The translations under genes were made by a program, and so were the position numbers. Below, one piece after another: positions 57,570-64,000 of a DNA stretch of 64,000 nucleotides (position 1 is its first letter; each line of letters begins with the position of its first letter). The stretch is taken from the IMG/VR virus record IMGVR_UViG_3300047557_002951, positions 64,001 to 128,000 of that record; one strand, given 5' to 3'. Under the pieces are notes generated by a model. The model was not told the DNA's origin. It ran no database searches and worked only from the letters and a program-made list of their open reading frames with translations. The DNA is from a virus.

Positions 57570-58257
57570 TTACCTCATTAAGACCTTTCGAATGAATTGA
57601 TGTAGGATAATTTCTGACATAATTATGCCTATAAATTTTTGGTTTATTCATTTTATACGAATTAACCATATCCAGAAATCCAGTTTGCATCATATGAATT
57701 TCTTCAGCATTCTCAAGTAGTTTGATATAATCAAACATTTTGAATTGAAAATCATTACGAATTACTTTATATTCATCCATAACTTTAGTCATGTCAATAT
57801 TGTATCCTCTTTTGGGGTCATCCAATACAAAGATATATTTTTCCCCATCAGGATTTAGAGTTTTGCAGACTTCTTCTTCTTTTTCCAAATCTCTTTCAAA
57901 ATAAAACTCATCAAATCTAATTTGAAAATCAAGATTTGCAAGATGATAGAATGCTTCATCAAAGGTCATTCTATCTAAACAACTATCCAAATTCTGGAAT
58001 CCAGGTTTAATCAAATTATTTTTGACAGTACTATTATTCTCAACGAATCTAATAGCATCCCCTTCAACATCAAAATTGAAAATTTCTAGATTGTCCAAAT
58101 CACGATACATATAACTCACATTATCATAGTAATGTGTATAGCAAAAGAGAACTATATTATCGTATTTTTTACAAAAATGGCGTACCATACCATTGCAAAT
58201 AATATGGTCTCCAAGTCCTAGATGGTGGTGAATATACTTGAGTGACATATCACTCAA
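57556..58257 (-). CDS. Putative glycosyltransferase
   Basis: HHHLGLGDHIICNG.VR...LLENAEEIH; in sugar cluster. Confidence 0.6.
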   Translation of the reverse strand: MSDMSLKYIHHHLGLGDHIICNGMVRHFCKKYDNIVLFCYTHYYDNVSYMYRDLDNLEIFNFDVEGDAIRFVENNSTVKNNLIKPGFQNLDSCLDRMTFDEAFYHLANLDFQIRFDEFYFERDLEKEEEVCKTLNPDGEKYIFVLDDPKRGYNIDMTKVMDEYKVIRNDFQFKMFDYIKLLENAEEIHMMQTGFLDMVNSYKMNKPKIYRHNYVRNYPTSIHSKGLNEVIGID

Positions 58258-58594
58258 CTCCTTTATAAAGTTTTACAGAATCCTCACGAAGTGTTCTTCC
58301 AGTTGCAATAGCATTATCTACAAGAAGATTAACTGCTTGCACTAAACGAGGACGCTTTACCTTAAAGCAAATATCAATTTTACGCTTCAACTCAGCAACT
58401 TCTGTATCAGTCTTTGCTTCCTGAATTGCATCTTCCAACATCCACATACGAGTGTGAAGAATAGAAAGTTTTTCAATTACTTCACCTAGATTGTCAGTCT
58501 CAATGTATTCAACATCAGGAAGTTCTCTGCGAGAAAGAACTTCATCAATAGTTTCTTTGATGCACTGATCAATTAAATCACCAAACTTACTCAT
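58250..58594 (-). CDS. DUF4254-like helical protein
   Basis: LGEVIEKLSILHTRMW.LED...ID....R..L. Confidence 0.55.
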   Translation of the reverse strand: MSKFGDLIDQCIKETIDEVLSRRELPDVEYIETDNLGEVIEKLSILHTRMWMLEDAIQEAKTDTEVAELKRKIDICFKVKRPRLVQAVNLLVDNAIATGRTLREDSVKLYKGVE

Positions 58595-59763
58595 AACTCT
58601 CCTAAGATTTTTTCTAAAAAATTCATATCTTTATTCGAAACAAATTGATTGTTTCCAATGTAGATTCCATTCTCATGAAGAATGTCAACATTTAAGTTTT
58701 CTGTCTTACCACTGATTGAATATCCTCTGAGATAAGGTTGTCTTAAAAGATTTCCACCAACCACTGGTCTATATTCAATTTTATATTTGTTTAGTAAAGA
58801 AATTAGTTTCATTTTAATTTCTTTAGTTTTACAAATAAAAGGAAAACAGAAACAACTATTACCTTGATTATACACTATTGGATAAAAATTGTCTTTATTT
58901 TTTTGGGAGGACATAATTTCTACAAATCTAAAATATGCCTTGTCTCTATTATCAATAAACTTGTTAATCCTCTTTAATTGAGATAGTCCTAACACAGCAC
59001 CAAACTCAGTATTCCTAAAGTTATATCCATCACTCACAAATAGAAATGACTTTTCTATTTCTGGATTTTTATTCTCATAGTATTTGAATTGGTCCGAAAC
59101 TCTTGCCAGTCCGTGAGACCTTTTCATCTTCATCAAATCATATAGTTCCCAACTATCAGTAGAAATCATTCCACCTTCTACAGTAGACATATGATGTCCA
59201 AAGTAGAAACTAAAAGTTGCACCAAGACTAGTTTTACCTATCTTATTTCCATTTTTATCAAGACATCCATGAGACTCACAAACATCATCAATAAACAGTG
59301 CGTTCGGAAGTATCTTCTTGTATTCTTCAATCTCTGCAGGAATACCTAATAAATGAGTTACAAATACTAATTTAATATCTGGATGAGACTTAGATATGGT
59401 TTTTAGATTGTCTAAGTCAAAACTATAATTCTCAAGATTTACATCACAAAAAATAGGAGTAAGTCCCAGTTGAATAATTGGATTGATGTTTGTAACCCAA
59501 GTGCAAGATGGAACTAAAACTTTGTCACCTTTTTGGAGACCGTACTTTTCTATTATTGCAGAGACTAATAAAAAATTTGCAGTGCTTCCAGAAGTCACAA
59601 ACAAAGAATACCTACAACCCAACCACTTTGACCACTCTTTTTCAAATTGTTCAACATTCTTACCTTGAGTAAACTTATCAGAGGTTAAAACAAACTTAGC
59701 AAGTTGAATTCTATCCCATAAAGAGATAGAATTCTTCATAAGTGGCCACTTATAGTCGGACAT
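58591..59763 (-). CDS. colD: GDP-4-keto-6-deoxy-D-mannose 3-dehydratase (ColD-like; DegT/DnrJ superfamily)
   Basis: SGSTAN, DDVCESHG, FSFYFGHHMSTVEGG (His in place of the Schiff-base Lys), RSHG, GYNFR, RPVVGGNLL, GIYIGNNQ. Confidence 0.75.
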   Translation of the reverse strand: MSDYKWPLMKNSISLWDRIQLAKFVLTSDKFTQGKNVEQFEKEWSKWLGCRYSLFVTSGSTANFLLVSAIIEKYGLQKGDKVLVPSCTWVTNINPIIQLGLTPIFCDVNLENYSFDLDNLKTISKSHPDIKLVFVTHLLGIPAEIEEYKKILPNALFIDDVCESHGCLDKNGNKIGKTSLGATFSFYFGHHMSTVEGGMISTDSWELYDLMKMKRSHGLARVSDQFKYYENKNPEIEKSFLFVSDGYNFRNTEFGAVLGLSQLKRINKFIDNRDKAYFRFVEIMSSQKNKDNFYPIVYNQGNSCFCFPFICKTKEIKMKLISLLNKYKIEYRPVVGGNLLRQPYLRGYSISGKTENLNVDILHENGIYIGNNQFVSNKDMNFLEKILGEL

Positions 59764-60694
59764 AATTACTCCTATTCTTTAGGAACCAATCAATTGTAAT
59801 TTTTAAACCATCTTCAAGAGAAGTTTTTGCCTTCCATCCTAAGGAATCCATCTTCGAAGTATCTAGTGCTCTACGAGGAGTGCCATTTGGTTTAGAAGTA
59901 TCCCAAACTAGCTCTCCAGTATAACCAACCAGGTTAGATACAATCTCAGAAAGTTCTTTAATACTTACTTCTCTCTCAGGTCCAATATTAATAATTTCAG
60001 GATCATCATAGTTATTCATCAAGAAAACAAGACCATCTGCAAGATCATCAGAAAAAAGAAATTCTCTAGTTGGACTTCCATCACCAAAACACATTACACT
60101 TTCCACACCAGAGTCTTTTGCACTCACAAACTTATTGATGAAACTTGGAATTACATGACACTGCTCCAGAATAAAATTATCATTAATACCATAAAGATTA
60201 TTTGGCATTACAGAAACAGTTGGAAATCCATATTGCTCTGTGTATTTTTTACACATCATATATCCAGCAATTTTTGCTAGAGAATACGAAATGTTAGTTT
60301 CTTCAAGTGGCCCAGTCATCAAATACTCTTCTTTGATAGGAACTGGAGCGTGCTTAGGATAAATACAAGCAGATCCTAAAAATAGCAACTTCTTGCAACC
60401 ATTACGATATGCTGCATCAATTACATTCGTTTGGATCTGTAAGTTTTCACGAATAAAGTCTCCAGGAATTGCTTTGTTATAGCCAATGCCACCTACCTTT
60501 GCTGCGCCTAGAAAAACATATTCAGGTCGTTCTTCTGCAAAAAATTCGTCAACATCTTTCTGAATTCTCAAATCTAATTGTGATCTTGAGCGAGTCAAAA
60601 GATTTGTATAACCATTAGATGTCAAATTTCTGGAAATTGCAGAGCCTACAAGTCCTCTATGTCCTGCAATAAAAATTTTAGAATCAGTTTCCAT
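59750..60694 (-). CDS. fcl: GDP-L-fucose synthase / ColC-like epimerase-reductase
   Basis: [42 protein letters not shown]. Confidence 0.9.
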   Translation of the reverse strand: METDSKIFIAGHRGLVGSAISRNLTSNGYTNLLTRSRSQLDLRIQKDVDEFFAEERPEYVFLGAAKVGGIGYNKAIPGDFIRENLQIQTNVIDAAYRNGCKKLLFLGSACIYPKHAPVPIKEEYLMTGPLEETNISYSLAKIAGYMMCKKYTEQYGFPTVSVMPNNLYGINDNFILEQCHVIPSFINKFVSAKDSGVESVMCFGDGSPTREFLFSDDLADGLVFLMNNYDDPEIINIGPEREVSIKELSEIVSNLVGYTGELVWDTSKPNGTPRRALDTSKMDSLGWKAKTSLEDGLKITIDWFLKNRSNYVRL

Positions 60695-61685
60695 TAATAC
60701 ACATATCCTCAACTAATTGTTTAAAAGAAGTTCTAGGTTCCCATCCTAGTTTTTCTTTTGCCTTAGTGGCATCACCTAATAAGGTCTCTACTTCAGCAGG
60801 TCGAAAATATTTAGGATTGACTCCAATGACTTTTCTTCCAGTAAGTTTATCAATACCAACTTCATCCAGACCTTCACCTTCCCAGATAATATTCATGCCA
60901 AAATATGGTGCCGCCTCTTCAACAAACTGACGAACTGAATATTGTTCTCCTGTAGCAATCACATAATCATCTGGTTCGTCTTGCTGAAGCATCAGCCACA
61001 TCGCCTCCACAAAGTCTTTTGCATGTCCCCAATCACGCTTTGCATTCAGATTCCCGAGATATAGTACATCTTGTTCCCCAGTTGAAACAGATGATAATCC
61101 TCTAGTGATTTTTCTTGTGACAAAAGTTTCTCCTCTTCTAGGGGATTCGTGATTGAAAAGAATTCCAGAACTTGCATGTAGTCCATAAGATTCTCTGTAG
61201 TTTTTGACGATCCAATATCCATAAAGTTTTGCGACTCCATATGGCGAACGAGGGTAAAATGGTGTTGTTTCTCTTTGAGGAATTTCTTGGACTAATCCAT
61301 AAAGTTCTGAAGTAGATGCTTGATAAATTCTAATGGAATCTTCCATTCCAAGCAATCTAACAGCTTCAAGAATACGAAGAGTCCCTAGTGCATCAACTTG
61401 CCCTGTATATTCTGGAGTTTCAAAAGAAACCTTGACATGACTTTGCGCACCCAAATTATAAATTTCAGTTGGTTTAACCTTTTGAATAATACCAACAAGA
61501 TTTGTGGAGTCTGTCAAATCCCCATAGTGAAGATGAAGTTTATTGTAAATATGGTCAATTCTCTTTGTGTTGATGGAAGACGACCTACGAACAATGCCAT
61601 GGACTTCGTATCCTTTATCCAAAAGAAGTTCCGCAAGATATGAGCCATCTTGGCCAGAAATTCCACTAATTAAAGCTTTTTTCAT
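60684..61685 (-). CDS. gmd: GDP-mannose 4,6-dehydratase
   Basis: [55 protein letters not shown]. Confidence 0.96.
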   Translation of the reverse strand: MKKALISGISGQDGSYLAELLLDKGYEVHGIVRRSSSINTKRIDHIYNKLHLHYGDLTDSTNLVGIIQKVKPTEIYNLGAQSHVKVSFETPEYTGQVDALGTLRILEAVRLLGMEDSIRIYQASTSELYGLVQEIPQRETTPFYPRSPYGVAKLYGYWIVKNYRESYGLHASSGILFNHESPRRGETFVTRKITRGLSSVSTGEQDVLYLGNLNAKRDWGHAKDFVEAMWLMLQQDEPDDYVIATGEQYSVRQFVEEAAPYFGMNIIWEGEGLDEVGIDKLTGRKVIGVNPKYFRPAEVETLLGDATKAKEKLGWEPRTSFKQLVEDMCINGN

Positions 61686-61688
61686 AAA

Positions 61689-62030
61689 TTAGATTCTCCC
61701 ATAATCATCTTGAATTCTAACGATGTCTTCCTCATCGCATATTTTTCCTAATTGAATTTCAATAATCATTATACCATCATTTCCACCAGAAACTCTATGT
61801 CTGAAATTTAATGGTACGAATATATAGTCTCCAACTTTGACCTCTCTAACCACATCATCTAAATCAACTGTACCACTACCAGAAACTACAACCCAATATT
61901 CGTTTCTATGATTATGGTATTGTAGTGATATTTTTTCATTTGGTTTTATATAAAGTCTTTTTACTTTATATCCATTCTCTTCCTGTAAGTTTTCGTACCA
62001 TCCCCAAGGTCTATTCACTTTCTCTATCAT
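61689..62030 (-). CDS. Mannose-6-phosphate isomerase type II cupin domain
   Basis: RPWGWY...VKRL...P....SLQYH..R.E.W.VV.G...HR...IIEIQ.G....E.DIVR.QDDYGR. Confidence 0.88.
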   Translation of the reverse strand: MIEKVNRPWGWYENLQEENGYKVKRLYIKPNEKISLQYHNHRNEYWVVVSGSGTVDLDDVVREVKVGDYIFVPLNFRHRVSGGNDGIMIIEIQLGKICDEEDIVRIQDDYGRI

Positions 62031-62851
62031 ACTTCACAATTAGTAAAATCTACTTGTCCATTTCTAGTTGCCCAAATTGGATATTCTCTACCATAGGTGT
62101 TCCATATCTTTGCTTGTTCTGGACCAACAGGAACTCCAGATAATTCAGCAGCATTCCAGATTGTTTCATATGTGTCATCTTCATGGAAGGTAAAATCGTG
62201 CGTTTCTGCTTTTTTCTTTAAAAGCAAAGACCAAATAGATTGATCGTGACGATTTTCTCTAAAGATACTATTATTAGGAAGCATTGAAGGACTATCATCC
62301 AAATACCTTCCACTATCTTCGACACAAATATCCATCCATTTTTGAACCAATTCTTTTATCATTACAGTATTCTTTAAAAGAAAGATACCAGAAATAATTT
62401 GTCTGGTCATTAGATACCTATCATCATTTCCAATAATATGACGATAGGTATCCATTTTCGTCCACTGAATTTCTGGTAGATCTAATGTAAAAAACACTCC
62501 TTCTGTATCCAAACATTCTTGATAATATTGTTGAAGTTTTTCTAGTCCGTTTTTATTCAGTTCACAACCAGAATCAACATAAAGCAAAACATCATTTTCT
62601 GGAATAGAATTTAATGCTTGCAGAATAAAATAAGGTTTACATGCATAATAACCATAGTATCTACGCTGCATTCCAGAACGCTGAGTCATCATCGACTTTG
62701 CGTGATTTTCCCAAAATGAATTATTTTCTAAATCTTTTTCACCATATTCAAAAATAGATTTAAAAACTCCAAAATTATCTGCTTGCGCTCTGATTCTATT
62801 TTTACCAATAGAAAAGTTATTGTCACCAAAATAGGTTAAATGTAAATCCAT
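62027..62851 (-). CDS. Putative glycosyltransferase
   Basis: GYY..KPY.I......LLYVDSG...WTK.D...F.ENRHDQSI. Confidence 0.65.
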   Translation of the reverse strand: MDLHLTYFGDNNFSIGKNRIRAQADNFGVFKSIFEYGEKDLENNSFWENHAKSMMTQRSGMQRRYYGYYACKPYFILQALNSIPENDVLLYVDSGCELNKNGLEKLQQYYQECLDTEGVFFTLDLPEIQWTKMDTYRHIIGNDDRYLMTRQIISGIFLLKNTVMIKELVQKWMDICVEDSGRYLDDSPSMLPNNSIFRENRHDQSIWSLLLKKKAETHDFTFHEDDTYETIWNAAELSGVPVGPEQAKIWNTYGREYPIWATRNGQVDFTNCEV

Positions 62852-62875
62852 GCTTTAGTTATGGCCGATATATGT

Positions 62876-62912
62876 ATTATACCAAAAAAGAGGAGCTGTT
62901 GTCAACTCCTCC
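62876..62912 (-). terminator. Terminator hairpin containing the sigma70 promoter of the sugar cluster
   Basis: GAGGAG-TTGACAACAG-CTCCTC-TTTTTT; TTGACA 18 nt from TATAAT. Confidence 0.7.
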
Positions 62913-62919
62913 GATCAGG

Positions 62920-62997
62920 TCTGCCATGCACGCCACCAATTCTTTAACTGGAAATTGGAAACCAGGCGGAGAATTAATTCCCCATCCGCACCAGGGC
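62920..62997 (-). ncRNA. wcaG/manA-like cyanophage structured RNA
   Basis: UGGUGCGGAUGGGG..CUCCGCCUGGUUUCCAAUUUCCAGUUAAAGAAUUGGUGGCG; upstream of the sugar-nucleotide genes; family recalled from memory. Confidence 0.6.
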
Positions 62998-63001
62998 AAG
63001 A

Positions 63002-63199
63002 TTATTGTCGTTCCGAGACAAAATTATTGATAATTTCCGATTGCTTAAGAACTTGATCTAGAGTTGGAAACTCTGGAAATTCTGATTTACCAGAATTTTG
63101 ATGTTCCAAATTAGAAATCTCATATTTCATACAGTATTCATCATGTAACATATTATATGCTTGCTTGAAAATTTCAAATCGTAATTCATAAGGTGTCAT
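63002..63199 (-). CDS. Conserved hypothetical protein
   Basis: MTPYELRFEIFKQA...FPT...V...A..IN.FV pattern; AAGGA SD. Confidence 0.7.
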   Translation of the reverse strand: MTPYELRFEIFKQAYNMLHDEYCMKYEISNLEHQNSGKSEFPEFPTLDQVLKQSEIINNFVSERQ

Positions 63200-63232
63200 T
63201 TGTTTTTCCTTTGTATGTGTGTTGTGTGTGTT

Positions 63233-63318
63233 GGGTCATTGGCTCCACCAGTACTTTTAAAGTCTCTCCGTGACTAAAGGATCGCTCCGACCAGGATTTT
63301 TAAAGTCTCTCCATGACT
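63233..63318 (-). repeat. Two 43-nt tandem repeats (manA-like RNA element)
   Basis: AGTCAYGGAGAGACTTTAAAA..CTGGT.GGAGC repeated twice. Confidence 0.7.
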
Positions 63319-63543
63319 CAAGCAGGGACATCAACCTGAAGATCTTCACAAAGAAGACTCAGAATCAGTTCGTAATCTGCCTCAGATTCGTTATAAAATT
63401 CTACTCCTTGCTCCTCATAAAACTTTTTAATTTTTTTGAAAAGCTTTGGTTGATCATATTCAAGATCAATTTCTCGATTTGCTGCTCGTGTGAGTGTATA
63501 AATTGATTTACGAAATTTAGAGTTAAAAGAATAGTCAGACATG
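63318..63543 (-). CDS. Hypothetical protein
   Basis: LTRAANREIDL...QPKLFKKI..FY; likely start MSDYSF. Confidence 0.6.
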
Positions 63544-63615
63544 TGTTGAATTAAATTCGTTCTTAGTATAGAGTAAATGCTGAGTTTTGTCAAGTAGATG
63601 AGCGATTAAGAAATC

Positions 63616-63825
63616 TTATGACGCTTCTTCGTGGTCTGTATGAATTTTTATAAAATCTTCGTCCGTGGAAGTTCCCCCATATGATTCTACGATCTCATTA
63701 TAAGGAACAATCACCGCGTTTCCATATTCACTACTTATGATGAATGATTCTCCGTTTTCTACTCTTGTCATCAGATTGTCGAAGTCTGCTTGAAATTCTT
63801 CTACTGTAAATGTTTGCATTTTCAT
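63616..63825 (-). CDS. Phd/YefM antitoxin-like small protein
   Basis: TFTVEEFQADFDNLMTRVENGESFII....GNAVIVP. Confidence 0.55.
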   Translation of the reverse strand: MKMQTFTVEEFQADFDNLMTRVENGESFIISSEYGNAVIVPYNEIVESYGGTSTDEDFIKIHTDHEEAS

Positions 63826-63842
63826 AAATTAGAGTTTTATGA

Positions 63843-63918
63843 TCCGGATATTCAGATTTGAACTGAAATTATTCCTGCTCCCAAAGCAGGTGCCATGACC
63901 AAGTTAGGCGATATCCGG
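63843..63918 (-). tRNA. tRNA-Pro (UGG)
   Basis: CCGGAUA/UAUCCGG acceptor; CCUGC-UUUGGGA-GCAGG anticodon arm; UUCAG-UUCAAAU-CUGAA T-arm; no encoded CCA; TTGACG-17-TACTAT upstream. Confidence 0.9.
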
Positions 63919-64000
63919 ATGTTAATGTATATAGTACCACAAGAACCCAGAATCGTCAAGCATCTTCTTCATCCTCATATGAACTGGGTTCTTCGAAGAG

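Noticed and set aside
63233-63318. Possible mini-CRISPR array
   Set aside because: Only two imperfect adjacent units, no unique spacers and no cas operon; the PD-(D/E)XK exonuclease is a standard T4-like gene

Overview
64 kb segment of a large T4-like cyanophage (cyanomyovirus/Kyanoviridae type, probably a freshwater Synechococcus/Cyanobium phage), mostly encoded on the minus strand. Left to right: (1) 1-22.7 kb virion and baseplate genes (large fibre/structural protein, gp5-like, two tape-measure-like proteins with muramidase/M23 domains, gp51, gp26, gp54-like, gp4, gp2, gp48, gp53). (2) 22.7-32.2 kb replication and metabolism (two different gp32 SSBs, gp59, gp33, exonuclease, GIY-YIG homing endonuclease, PhoH, ThyX, SpeD, glutaredoxin), including an unannotated NtcA box + sigma70 promoter + glutamine riboswitch + DUF4278 small-gene cassette. 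(3) 32-39 kb small hypothetical ORFs, HNH nuclease, class II aldolase. (4) 39-42 kb psbA split by two group I introns (one with a LAGLIDADG ORF), a PhotoRC-II-like leader and a downstream EndoVII-type homing endonuclease. (5) 42-50 kb structural protein, thermonuclease, a C39-peptidase/GH19 lysin apparently joined by a programmed -1 ribosomal frameshift, two hli genes, ferredoxin, PstS, porin. (6) 50.4-62.9 kb sugar-nucleotide/glycosyltransferase island whose enzymes (Gmd, ColD-type dehydratase, Fcl/ColC, three GT11s) suggest GDP-colitose/fucose synthesis. (7) wcaG/manA-like structured RNAs and tRNA-Pro(UGG). All family assignments are from motif recognition by eye; no database search was run.
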